A stretch of 43,189 nt of DNA from Terrimicrobiaceae bacterium (GTDB lineage: Bacteria > Verrucomicrobiota > Verrucomicrobiia > Chthoniobacterales > JAATET01). The stretch spans positions 1-43,189 of the forward strand of contig JBDNGG010000143.1 in the NCBI GenBank assembly GCA_041689405.1, read 5' to 3'. Shown here piece by piece: positions 8,900 through 18,308 of the stretch. A model generated the notes under the pieces. That model searched no databases. It was not told where the DNA came from and worked only from the letters and a program-made list of their open reading frames with translations. Made by a program: the position numbers and the translations under genes. Position 1 is the first letter of the stretch. Each line of letters starts with the position of its first letter.

Positions 8900-10120
8900 T
8901 TACTTCGCGCCGGCAGTGACTGGCTCGCTTGGCTGCACGCGCCTGGCGGGAATCAGCAACATCAAAGCAGTGGCGATGAATACCAGCACGGCTCCCGTCC
9001 ACAAAGGTGTGCGTGCGTATGATTCGATTGGTTTACCGACGTCAAGCGCGAGGAGAAAACCAGCGGCGGCGGGACCGATCCATCGTGCCAAACTCCCGGC
9101 TGACTGGAATAACCCCAACGCACGGCCCTGCCAATCCTGATCCACACTGCGCGACGCCAACCCGGTAAGCGTGGGAGTGAGCAGGCTATTTCCGATCGCT
9201 ACTCCCGCGCTTGCCCACAAGAGACCGGCGAGCGTTGACGTGAGTGGCAGCAAACAAAGACTGCCAGCGAGGATGATTCCTCCCGTGATTGCCAATCGGA
9301 TTTCGCCAAATGCTTTCACAAGTCGACCGATCAATCCTCCTTGAATCACCACGCCGATGAGGCCGACCATGGCGAGGATTTTTCCCGTTGCCGCGGCATC
9401 CATGTCGAATCGGTGATAGATGAAAAGTGCGAACACAAATGTCATCATTGAAAATCCGGCGATGATAAAAAAGTAAACGCTGGTGACGACTTGGTATATC
9501 CGGGCATCTGCATGGTCAAAGACGGCAAAAATCGATTCTTTTGCACCGATTCCGCGACGCTCCGGCGGGAGGCTTTCCGGCAGAACACGCCAGACAAGGA
9601 TGGCGCTGATGAGCGATAGCGCGGCAGCCACATACATGGGAGCGGCGAAACCATAACGTGCGCCGACGATCCCGCCGATAGCCGGACCAAAAACAAACCC
9701 CAGACCGAACGCCGCACCAATGAGCCCCATCGCCTTCGCACGCTCTTCGCGGGTCGTAATGTCGGCGATGTATGCTTGTGCAGTCCCGATGTTGCCTCCG
9801 CAGAATCCGGCCAGAAGGCGAGCTGCGAATAAGACCCACAATGCTCCTGCAAGTCCCATAAAGACAAATCCAATCGCAGTCCCGAGCAGACTGACAAATA
9901 ACACCGGCTTCCGGCCCACACGGTCAGAAATTTTTCCCCACACTGGCGATGCAAAAAACTGGGCAAAGGAAAACGCTGCTACGAGAAGCCCGTTTTGCAC
10001 GGCGCTGGCACCAAAATGCTCCGCATAGAGCGGCAGCACAGGGATCACTATTCCGAAGCCCACCATATCGATGAAGATGGTAAGAAAAATGATGCCCATT
10101 TGGGCGCGCTTGGTATTCAT
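8900..10120 (-). CDS. MFS transporter, TetA/DHA1-like
   Basis: 12 hydrophobic segments, motif A GKISDRVGRKPV, GAAFGLGFVFGPAIGG antiporter motif. Confidence 0.9.
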   Translation of the reverse strand: MNTKRAQMGIIFLTIFIDMVGFGIVIPVLPLYAEHFGASAVQNGLLVAAFSFAQFFASPVWGKISDRVGRKPVLFVSLLGTAIGFVFMGLAGALWVLFAARLLAGFCGGNIGTAQAYIADITTREERAKAMGLIGAAFGLGFVFGPAIGGIVGARYGFAAPMYVAAALSLISAILVWRVLPESLPPERRGIGAKESIFAVFDHADARIYQVVTSVYFFIIAGFSMMTFVFALFIYHRFDMDAAATGKILAMVGLIGVVIQGGLIGRLVKAFGEIRLAITGGIILAGSLCLLPLTSTLAGLLWASAGVAIGNSLLTPTLTGLASRSVDQDWQGRALGLFQSAGSLARWIGPAAAGFLLALDVGKPIESYARTPLWTGAVLVFIATALMLLIPARRVQPSEPVTAGAK

Positions 10121-10189
10121 TTGCGTGAGAGCACGGGAGATGAGTTTTTTATGACAGCGGAACGTGGAAAAAGAATCCGTCGTTTATAA

Positions 10190-10747
10190 CTACTGCCCGG
10201 GAGCAAGCGCAGCTCCTTTGATCATTGCTTCAAAAGCGGCACTTGCCGCCTGCACCGACGCCTCGGGTCCCGTCATTTTCACAAATACATTGCCTTGTGT
10301 GCCTTCAAGGATTGCGCCGAGCAGAGCATATGTTGTGAGCGGTGTGGTTGGGCCGCCAGGCATCCCGCTGTTGAATGTTCCGGATGCTGTGATCAAAGTG
10401 GTTTTCGTCGGGCCGTATTGTTCGACCCGCTGCATCGCGTTACTTCCGCCCGCCCCTCCCTGAAACTGCCCCACCCACCGATCGATGTTTGCATCGACGC
10501 TGCCGCCCTGGTCGGGACCAAAATAGAAAAATGTCACCTCTCCTGCCGCGCCCCCGTCAACCCCTGGAGGAGCCAATTCGGCTTTACGCATCTGCGACGA
10601 TGGCACCACCCATGCCCAATCCGTAGGGCGCTCGAAGCGAAAGGTCGCCACTGAAAATTCGACCGGGTCCGCGGCCTGGGTCATTGATGGAGTGGTGGTA
10701 ATGAGCGCGCAAAACGCGAGCAGGTAAGATAGTTGGCGGTGTTTCAT
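10190..10747 (-). CDS. Secreted conserved hypothetical protein
   Basis: Signal peptide; GGSVDANIDRWVGQF and FVKMTGP motifs; collinear in operon. Confidence 0.7.
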   Translation of the reverse strand: MKHRQLSYLLAFCALITTTPSMTQAADPVEFSVATFRFERPTDWAWVVPSSQMRKAELAPPGVDGGAAGEVTFFYFGPDQGGSVDANIDRWVGQFQGGAGGSNAMQRVEQYGPTKTTLITASGTFNSGMPGGPTTPLTTYALLGAILEGTQGNVFVKMTGPEASVQAASAAFEAMIKGAALAPGQ

Positions 10748-10806
10748 CGGCTAAAGTCATACGATTGCCATGCCTTACCCGCAATAGCGAAACGCATCGC
10801 ATCTCG

Positions 10807-11232
10807 CTATAATGGACGCATGTCGTTGCGCAGTGTGAGCGCGACGGGTGTGGATCCGATGCCGGCCTCCACAACCATCGGCGCGAGCGTGTTGGAAAAC
10901 CAAGGCCGTCCGGCGACGATCACCTGCGCAAACAAGAGCGGGCGGGTTCGTGCCTCAAATGCGGCATTCGGGAGGCTCAGCGCAAAAGAAAATGGCGGTT
11001 TTCCTTGGACGCGAATCTCAGTGCTTTCCAGCGGCCGCCCGCCAGAAGTGTCATTAGCGTCCAACAGCGTGAGGTGCAGTCGGGCTCCTTTTGGCAAGGT
11101 GATCGACTCGTTGTAAGTAACCGTGCCACTGATCTGCACGCCGGCGACGGGGGGCACTGACGGCTGGGTTGCAGTGCAACCGCCTAGTAAGCACATTGCG
11201 ACCGCCACGAGGCCCGGATGCCACGCCGTCAT
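10807..11232 (-). CDS. YbaY-family lipoprotein
   Basis: Lipobox LLGGC; ISGTVTY.E.I.LP.GA.L..L.D; PPFSF. Confidence 0.75.
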   Translation of the reverse strand: MTAWHPGLVAVAMCLLGGCTATQPSVPPVAGVQISGTVTYNESITLPKGARLHLTLLDANDTSGGRPLESTEIRVQGKPPFSFALSLPNAAFEARTRPLLFAQVIVAGRPWFSNTLAPMVVEAGIGSTPVALTLRNDMRPL

Positions 11233-11874
11233 TTAGGCGGATATCAAATCTTCGAATCCTGTGAGGTCCAGCTCTGTCTGGTTTGGCTGAATTTCCGCGC
11301 GGATCGAAATCGGCAGCAGAGTCTCAAGGATGGCGCGATTAGTTGTTGTCGCGGGGCTGGTATCGCCGCTCCGGTTATTTAAAATTATCCCCGCGCACGG
11401 CACGCCGCGGCGTTGCAGGCTATCCACGGTAAGCAGCGTGTGATTCAGCGCCCCGAGCTTATTATCGACGACGATGAGGACCGGGATGTCCATCGCTATC
11501 GCAAGGTCGGCCATGAAATAATCTGGAAGAATGGGAACCAGCCACCCGCCAGCTCCTTCTACGATGACCGAATTATAGCTGGTTTTTAATCGGTTGAATG
11601 TCTGGAAAATCGACTCCAAATCGACCTGAGAGCCCGAGATTACGGCTGCCGTCAGGGGTGCAAGCGGTTGATCAAATGACACCGGATTCAAGTCGGAAAG
11701 TGCGCCCGGATACCCGCAGGCATCGGCGATTGCCACAACATCTTCTTGTCCCCCACAAGAGATCGGCTTCATCCCGACGGCTCGCACTCCGCGCTTGACC
11801 AATGCCCGCAAGAAGAGCGTGGAAAAATACGTTTTCCCCACGTCTGTGTCTGTTCCTGTGATGAAGAGATTCAT
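11233..11874 (-). CDS. bioD: Dethiobiotin synthase
   Basis: FITGTDTDVGKT, VEGAGG, LGALNHTLLT. Confidence 0.96.
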   Translation of the reverse strand: MNLFITGTDTDVGKTYFSTLFLRALVKRGVRAVGMKPISCGGQEDVVAIADACGYPGALSDLNPVSFDQPLAPLTAAVISGSQVDLESIFQTFNRLKTSYNSVIVEGAGGWLVPILPDYFMADLAIAMDIPVLIVVDNKLGALNHTLLTVDSLQRRGVPCAGIILNNRSGDTSPATTTNRAILETLLPISIRAEIQPNQTELDLTGFEDLISA

Positions 11875-11895
11875 TGGTTTTTACTTGGTTGATCG

Positions 11896-12768
11896 CTACA
11901 GATCGCTTTCGCGGTCGGTTTCGGCGGGGTTTTTTGTCACTTCGATAAAAACATTCTCCAGCGTGCGCTTCGGGCGGTGGGAGGCGACCAGCGATCCCCC
12001 TTCGGCAGCTATCAATGCCGCGATCTTTTCGTTCAACCCGGCGGACGCATTTTCGACGAGATACTGGGTCTGATTTCCCACGGTTATCAGATCCTCCAGC
12101 TTGCCCTGCTGGATCAATTGGCCGCGTGCCATGATGCCAACGCGGTCGCAGACTTCCTGGACCTGCTCTAGCAGGTGAGAGGTCAGAAGCACCGTCATGC
12201 CACGGGCTTTCAATGCGAGGATCAAATCCCGGATCTGACGCGAACCGACCGGGTCCACGCCCGCCGTAGGTTCATCGAGCACGACAAGCCGTGGGTCCTG
12301 CACGATGGCCTGGGCTAATCCGATGCGTTGCAGCATTCCCTTGGAAAATGTCCCCACGCGCCGATCCCGCGCGTCTTCCAGGCCGACGAGCGCCAGCAGT
12401 TCATTGGCTCGCTCGGTGAGTGCACGCCCGCTGAGCCCGCAAAGCTTGCCATAAAACCGGATTGTTTCCATCGCGGTAAGAAATTTGTAAAAGTAGGGGT
12501 TTTCCGGCAAAAACCCGACTTCCCGGCGCGCGGGGAAATCCCGGCTGTCGTAGCCGAATACTGTTGCCGATCCGGAAGTCGGGGTGACCAGGCCCAAGAG
12601 GACCTTGAGCGTCGTGCTTTTGCCGCAGCCGTTCGGGCCAAGCAGTCCAAACACCTCACCTTCCTCGACATCCAAGGAAACATCACGCACAGCGACGAGT
12701 CGCTCCCGCTTCCACGGCATGGGAAATACCTTCGTCAAGTTCTTGATGGAAACTGCGGTGCTCATCAA
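11896..12768 (-). CDS. ABC transporter ATP-binding protein (ABC-2 type)
   Basis: GPNGCGKST, FSKGM signature, LDEPT. Confidence 0.93.
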   Translation of the reverse strand: MMSTAVSIKNLTKVFPMPWKRERLVAVRDVSLDVEEGEVFGLLGPNGCGKSTTLKVLLGLVTPTSGSATVFGYDSRDFPARREVGFLPENPYFYKFLTAMETIRFYGKLCGLSGRALTERANELLALVGLEDARDRRVGTFSKGMLQRIGLAQAIVQDPRLVVLDEPTAGVDPVGSRQIRDLILALKARGMTVLLTSHLLEQVQEVCDRVGIMARGQLIQQGKLEDLITVGNQTQYLVENASAGLNEKIAALIAAEGGSLVASHRPKRTLENVFIEVTKNPAETDRESDL

Positions 12769-12775
12769 TCGCTAT

Positions 12776-13048
12776 TCAATCCAAAATTTGAAATCCACGC
12801 AAACCCGATTCCACATCCCGTGGATTGATCACTTCTTCTTGGATGTGTCCGGCGAGGACGCTTTCGCGGATCGCTTGCAAAAACGCATCTACTTCTTCGG
12901 CCTCCCCTTGCACCACCTGCTCGACGCGCGCATCCGGCAGGTTTGTTACGGTGCCGACGATATCAAATCCCCGGGCAAGCGATTTCACAGTGAAACAAAA
13001 TCCGACCCCTTGCACTCGCCCCAGATAATGCACAATGACCGCCTTCAT
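12776..13048 (-). CDS. acyP: Acylphosphatase
   Basis: GRVQGVGF, GTVTNLPD.RVE; the usual Arg after GVGF reads Cys here. Confidence 0.85.
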   Translation of the reverse strand: MKAVIVHYLGRVQGVGFCFTVKSLARGFDIVGTVTNLPDARVEQVVQGEAEEVDAFLQAIRESVLAGHIQEEVINPRDVESGLRGFQILD

Positions 13049-14325
13049 CCCTCGCGCACCTGCCCTGCACCGCGGATGAGGTACCGGTAGGTTGTTAATT
13101 CAGCCAGTGCCATCGGGCCACGCGCGTGGAGCTTATCCGTGCTGATCCCGATCTCTGCGCCAAATCCAAACTCCCCGCCGTCGGTGAAACGCGTCGACGC
13201 GTTCCAATAAACGGTTGCCGAGTCGATGGACTGCAAAAACTGCTCTGCCGTCGCTGCATTTTCGGTGACAATTGCGTCGCTGTGATGCGAGCCAAAGGTC
13301 TCGATGTGGTCCATTGCCGATGCCACCCCGTCCACCACCCGCACACCAAGAGTGAGGTCCAGATGCTCCGTGGTCCAATCCGATGGCTGCGCAGCCACCA
13401 ACTTCGGATACCCCGCCTTCTGCAATATCGCCATGGCCCGATCGTCCGCGCGCAGTTCCACACCCGCAGGAGCCAGTGCCTCGGCGATGACCGGTAACGC
13501 GCGTTCAGCGATCGATCCGTGCACAAGCAATGTCTCAGCCGCATTGCACGCGCTCGGCCGCTGGACTTTGGCATTTAAAACAATATCGACAGCCATTTGG
13601 ACGTCCGCGTCGGCATCCACAAAGACATGACAAATTCCGTCCAGATGTTTGATCACTGGCATCCGGGCATGTTCCATCACCGCCTCGATCAACCCACGTC
13701 CCCCGCGCGGCACAATGACGTCGATGTATGTATCCATGGCTGCCATCAGGCGGACGGCCTCACGATCCGTGATGGGAACGAGTTGCACCGCATCGTGAGG
13801 CATCCCGGCGCTTACCCCGCCCGATTGCAGGGCTTCGGCGATGGCGCGGTTGGAAAGAATGCTCTCGGACCCGCCACGCAGAATCACCGCATTTCCGGTC
13901 TTGATGCAAAGCACCGCGGCGTCGCTCGTCACATTCGGACGCGATTCGTAGATGATTCCGACCACCCCGATCGGCTTCCGGATTTTGGTGATCCGAATGC
14001 CATTTGGCCGCGACCACTCGGCCAGCACTTCATTAACGGGGTCGGGTAACGCTGCGACTTCGCGGATGCCGTGTGCCATCGCCGTGATGCGTTTTTCGGT
14101 GAGGCGCAGCCGATCCACCGATGCCGCTGTCAGCCCTTGGGTCATGGCAGTCTCGATGTCAATTGCATTGGCAACCAGGATATCCGGCGTGGCCACAACC
14201 AATGCGTCTGCCATCGCAACCAAGGCAGCATTTTTAGTGTTGGAATCTAAAAGGCCAAGCGCCCGCGATGCCACGCGCGCCCGCTGGCCAATGTCTAAAA
14301 TCAAAGATTTAATATCGGTGCTCAC
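13045..14325 (-). CDS. proA: Glutamate-5-semialdehyde dehydrogenase
   Basis: GIIYESRPNVT, SACNAAET, NASTRFTDG.EFG.GAEIGIST.KLHARGP. Confidence 0.97.
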   Translation of the reverse strand: MSTDIKSLILDIGQRARVASRALGLLDSNTKNAALVAMADALVVATPDILVANAIDIETAMTQGLTAASVDRLRLTEKRITAMAHGIREVAALPDPVNEVLAEWSRPNGIRITKIRKPIGVVGIIYESRPNVTSDAAVLCIKTGNAVILRGGSESILSNRAIAEALQSGGVSAGMPHDAVQLVPITDREAVRLMAAMDTYIDVIVPRGGRGLIEAVMEHARMPVIKHLDGICHVFVDADADVQMAVDIVLNAKVQRPSACNAAETLLVHGSIAERALPVIAEALAPAGVELRADDRAMAILQKAGYPKLVAAQPSDWTTEHLDLTLGVRVVDGVASAMDHIETFGSHHSDAIVTENAATAEQFLQSIDSATVYWNASTRFTDGGEFGFGAEIGISTDKLHARGPMALAELTTYRYLIRGAGQVREG

Positions 14326-14475
14326 GGAAAAATCAGGAAAAATCGGAGATGGTCAAACGAAAGTGAAATTACGATATGCGTCCCCCCGCAGATTGTCGAG
14401 AAAGCCCGCCCGGTGCTTCAGGATTAACGTATCAAACGGAAGAAATTTCGCGCCACGCTCACAAGGCCCGCCAAT

Positions 14476-14619
14476 GGTAAACCGAAAGGGAGGTATCGTT
14501 CGCCAATCGCTCGATCTCACCCTCGTCACCTGAACGGGCTCAAGCCTGGGGAAATAAAACCTTGCCCCTGCGGGCTCTTTGGCGTTGGCAAGACAGCCTC
14601 CTTTCCTCACAATTACCCC
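14476..14619 (-). ncRNA. Candidate ~145 nt rod-like non-coding RNA (6S-like?)
   Basis: Ends pair over ~30 bp (14476-14510 with 14582-14617); internal CUUGAGCCCGUUCAGG; sigma70-like promoter directly upstream. Confidence 0.4.
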
Positions 14620-14624
14620 TCATG

Positions 14625-14654
14625 AGCCTACGCCCTTGCCAACCGCTTTTTCAA
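14625..14654 (-). promoter_or_regulatory. Putative sigma70 promoter
   Basis: Minus strand TTGAAA-N18-TAGGCT. Confidence 0.35.
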
Positions 14655-14670
14655 TAACGGAAACGACTAT

Positions 14671-15852
14671 ATGCCGCGCAAGAAACAGACCGACCCAGCC
14701 GCCAGCAAGTTGAAGGCAATGGGGTCCCGGGTTTGCATGCTTGGCGCTCTAACTTCGACAAGCGGAGGGGAATCAACTCAATTTCCGTTTTTCTTTCAAG
14801 CGCGTGAGCATCGTCCCGCAGCGGGCGGTGGGAAATCTAACGCAGAAGGGTTCAACCGTCTTCAACTTGCTGCTCGGCTTGGACAAAAAGGTGACCGCAC
14901 AAGATTTGCACGTAATTTCCATGATTTCGAAGTGACTCCTGTTTCCGGTGTCTCGGAAGACACAGTGCTCGGAGGCTTCATCGGCGATAACAAAATCTAT
15001 GTAGTTCAAACGACGCCTAATGTGATCGAACGCTGCATCTTAATGACCACCGACCCCGGCGACCTCGTCCTCGACCCGACGTGCGGCTCGGGGACGACGG
15101 CGGATGTGGCCGAGCAGTGGGGCAGCCGCGTGGCTCTGGCGCTGGCCAAGCACCGGCTGCTGACCGCGAAGTTCGATTACCAGCAGCTTCGCCCGCTCAG
15201 CGCGGAGGACGTGGCGCGCAATCCGCACGGCACATGGCTCTGCGGAAAGGATGAAGGCGGAAGGATGAAGGATGAAAGGAAGATGACCTTCAAATGCAAG
15301 AAGGTGCCGCACATCACGCTCAAGAGCATCGCGCGCAACACCTCGCTCGCCCCGATCTTTGCCCGGCACGAGCCGATCCTCATGGAGCGGCTGTCGGCAT
15401 TGAATCAGGCTTTGGATTCGTGTGAAAAAGAGTGGCGCGCCGCGTGGCGGGCGAAGATGGACGAGGTGAACGCCTGCATTTCCGCCAATGCCGAGATGGA
15501 GGAACTGGTGGATAAACCGGAGACTGTGAAAGGCGGAGTGCGCGCGAGTGGCCCGTTCACGATGGAAGGCGTCATCGCCGTGGAGGACGGCCCGGACACG
15601 CCCATCGGCGGAGCGCCGGGCGAGCTAGACACCTTCGACGGCGACGCTGCGGTGCAAAACTCCGAGGCGCATCTCGACAAGGTCCTCCGACTGCTCAAGG
15701 CAAGTGGCGTGGATTTCCCCCGCAACAAAAACATGAAGTTCAGCCGGCTCGATCCGCTGACCGCTGCCGCGCGCATCCACGCCGACGTGGCCATGGGCGA
15801 CCTGCTCAAGACGCAGCCGGATCCTAAGTCCGACGGAGGTGAATTTCGATGA
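14671..15852 (+). pseudogene. Type III R-M modification methylase (Mod), internally deleted
   Basis: IYVVQT..VIERCILMTTDPGDLVLDPTCGSGTTA.VAEQWG; no DPPY catalytic motif; several abrupt jumps; only 393 aa. Confidence 0.8.
15249..15276 (+). repeat. 4x 7-mer array GGATGAA/GGCGGAA inside mod
   Basis: GGATGAA GGCGGAA GGATGAA GGATGAA, read as KDEGGRMKDERK. Confidence 0.75.
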
Positions 15853-16079
15853 CATTGAATGATCTTAAAACCATTAAGCCCATCCCGGGGTTCGATTGCG
15901 TCGCTATGAAGCACCGCGCGCAGGAACGCATCTACGAAGAAACGAAGGGGATGACGGATCGCGAATTGACCGAGTATTTCAACCCGGCCGGACGCGCCTT
16001 TCTCGAGACTGGAAAGATTTCGACGTCCGAGTCCGATAGCCTTCTCCTGCGCGAAGACCCGCCGAAGTCCGGCAGTTGA
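15849..16079 (+). CDS. Small hypothetical protein, putative antitoxin of a PIN-type TA pair
   Basis: FDCVAMKHRAQERIYEETKGMT motif; ATGA overlap with the upstream ORF; GGAGG RBS. Confidence 0.6.
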   Translation: MTLNDLKTIKPIPGFDCVAMKHRAQERIYEETKGMTDRELTEYFNPAGRAFLETGKISTSESDSLLLREDPPKSGS

Positions 16080-16084
16080 ACCAA

Positions 16085-16588
16085 ATGGAATCGACCTTAA
16101 AAGTGTTGAACGAACTGGAAAGCGATGGCGTGATCAGCCGCTACGCCATCGGTGGTGCAGTGGGGGCCATCTTCTACATGGAGCCTTTCCTCACCTTCGA
16201 TCTGGACGTGTTTGTCCTATTGCCCCAGACGGCGGGTGGGCTGCTCACGCTGTCGCCGATCTATGAGGATCTGAAGCGGCGGGGCTGCACAGAGGAGGCG
16301 GACTGTGTGCTGATTGAGGGGATGCCCGTGCAGTTTTTGCCTGCCTACAACCTTCTGCTGGAAGAATCTCTTGCCGAGGCGAGGGAGACGGCTTACGGCG
16401 AGACGACCACCCGCGTGCTGCGCCCGGAGCATCTCGCCGCCATCATGGTGCAAACCGGGCGGGACAAGGACCGCCAGCGCTTCTCCACGTTCATGCAGGA
16501 AGCCGCGATGGATGCGGATTACCTTCAACGCGTGCTGGACTGCCATCAACTCACTGCCCGCTACGACCTATGGAAAACCGCGATCTAA
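16085..16588 (+). CDS. Nucleotidyltransferase-fold protein
   Basis: YAIGGAVGAIFY...TFDLDVFV (GG..DxD) and late R.KD motif; ATG 16085 preferred over TTG 16076. Confidence 0.75.
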   Translation: MESTLKVLNELESDGVISRYAIGGAVGAIFYMEPFLTFDLDVFVLLPQTAGGLLTLSPIYEDLKRRGCTEEADCVLIEGMPVQFLPAYNLLLEESLAEARETAYGETTTRVLRPEHLAAIMVQTGRDKDRQRFSTFMQEAAMDADYLQRVLDCHQLTARYDLWKTAI

Positions 16589-16755
16589 ACCAACTGCTCG
16601 CTGGCAAACAGCGCCGCCGCCACGAACTCGCCAGGCTGCCGATTGAGGAAAAAATCCGCGCCGTGGTCCGGCTGCAACAGATGGCGGCACCCATTCTAAA
16701 ACAGCGCGGTAAAACTGTCCGCTGCTGGACCATTGTCATTCCGAGTCATGCCTGA
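16570..16755 (+). CDS. Small basic helical protein, putative partner of the nucleotidyltransferase
   Basis: KQRRRHELARLPIEEKIRAVVRLQQMA; overlaps both neighbouring ORFs. Confidence 0.65.
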   Translation: MENRDLNQLLAGKQRRRHELARLPIEEKIRAVVRLQQMAAPILKQRGKTVRCWTIVIPSHA

Positions 16756-17538
16756 AGAACAGATTCCCATTCAGTCGGTCGAGAACCCGGTGGAGGCCCG
16801 CCGCCGGAGGATCGTCCCAAGCACGAGGTGATGGCGTTGCCGGGACGAAAGGCGTTCGAGATTCGGTTTCCGGTGGTCGAGGGCTACGTGGTTTCCTTGC
16901 AGCGCAACCTCGTTACCGCCGATGTGAGCAAAGTCGAAAAGACGAAGCTCGATCCATGCATGGTCCCAACCGATGCGTTGATCCGGCCTCAGGTCGGCTA
17001 CCAGTTCGGCCGCGCGAGCGCGCATGGCGGCTTTGGTTTCGAACTCGTAAACCGGCAGGAATACTACGACTCGGTTCACTTGCAGACTATCGAGTTCGAT
17101 ATCGCTCGAGAAATTGTCCGTGCGCTCACGGAGGCATCTCATCCAGGCAAGGAACGACTGCGGCGGGAAAGTCGAAGCACGCTATTTCCCCAGGTCCTTC
17201 AAATCGTGAAGAGATACATGAGTGACCGTGTGGACTTCAACGGCTTAAATCCTTGCGAAGTGGGTTTGCAGACATATGCGCAGCGCATCATCGCGCTGTT
17301 GATCGCAGCCATCACTCTCGATGACGGCAAAAACGAGGCTCCACTGCTGCCGCGACTGAACCGCTCCAAGCCCATCGACAGCCCGGAACGCGTCCGATTC
17401 AAGACGGTGAAACCGGTGCAGGTGACCGCTGCGAGCCACCTCAACTACGTGGCCTGCGACACCAACTCACGGGAGCAGGCAGCGACGTTCCAGCTCGAAA
17501 AGCCGGCGGAGGGAGGAGTGGTTTATTGCTACGCCCGG
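16748..17538 (+). pseudogene. Type III R-M restriction subunit (Res), N-terminal stub plus C-terminal fragment
   Basis: MPEEQIPIQSVENPV stub, then out-of-frame EIRFPVVEGY...SHLNYVACDT..EQ.A...LE...VVYCYAR; helicase core and nuclease end absent. Confidence 0.72.
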
Positions 17539-18308
17539 TGGGCCACTCAAGAAAATTGGCATTTTGTTCATCCGAACTTCCGGGGACCAAACGATTCCCC
17601 TGAAGCAATGGGATCGGACCTTGCGGTGCAGGATATCGTGGACGCCGTCCGGGGGATGCAAAAGCGTGGGAACGTGGATGCCTCGCGGATTTATCTCGTC
17701 GGCTGTAGTGGGGGGTGGGTATATGGCGTTGCTTATGGCCGGTCGGCATCCCAAGATTTGGGCGGGGGTTTCTGCATGGGTACCGGTTGCAGATATTGGC
17801 ACGTGGCACGAGGGATGTTCACCCGACGGCATCCCGAATAAATACGCGACGATGGTCGAAGCGGCCTTGGGTGGGCCGCCGGGTGTCGCCGGGCGCTTGA
17901 ATGACGCAACGAATCGTTCGCCAGTGACATGGTTGGCTAGTGCGAAGAAGCTTCCGGTCGATATCAATCATGGCGTTCACGATCGACGCCGCGAGAGTGT
18001 CCCGTTTACGCACAGCCTGCGCGCATTTAATGCGATTGCTGCTAGTGAAGACCGTTTACCGGAAAGGGAGATCGTGGAGTATTACGACTCGCAGCGTCGC
18101 CTGATCGCTTGGCCCGAGCCCGAGATCGACGCGCTTTACGGAGCAATGCCGGTGTTATTTCGAAAAACATCTGGAAACGCACGGGTCACGATATTTGAGG
18201 CCGGGCGTGAGATTCATTACGCTCCGGCGTTCAATTGGCTGTTGCACCAGCGGCAAGGATCACCGGAGTTGGAACGAAGATGGCATCGATACCCAATCCG
18301 GGAAGTAG
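17539..18308 (+). pseudogene. Alpha/beta hydrolase (prolyl oligopeptidase-like), 5'-truncated and frameshifted
   Basis: WHFVHPNFRGPN..GSDLAVQDIVDA..DASRIYLVGCSGGG (+1 shift in G6 run 17710-17715) YMALLMAGRHP.IWAGVSAW; probable second shift near 18266 giving ..DTQSGK*. Confidence 0.75.
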
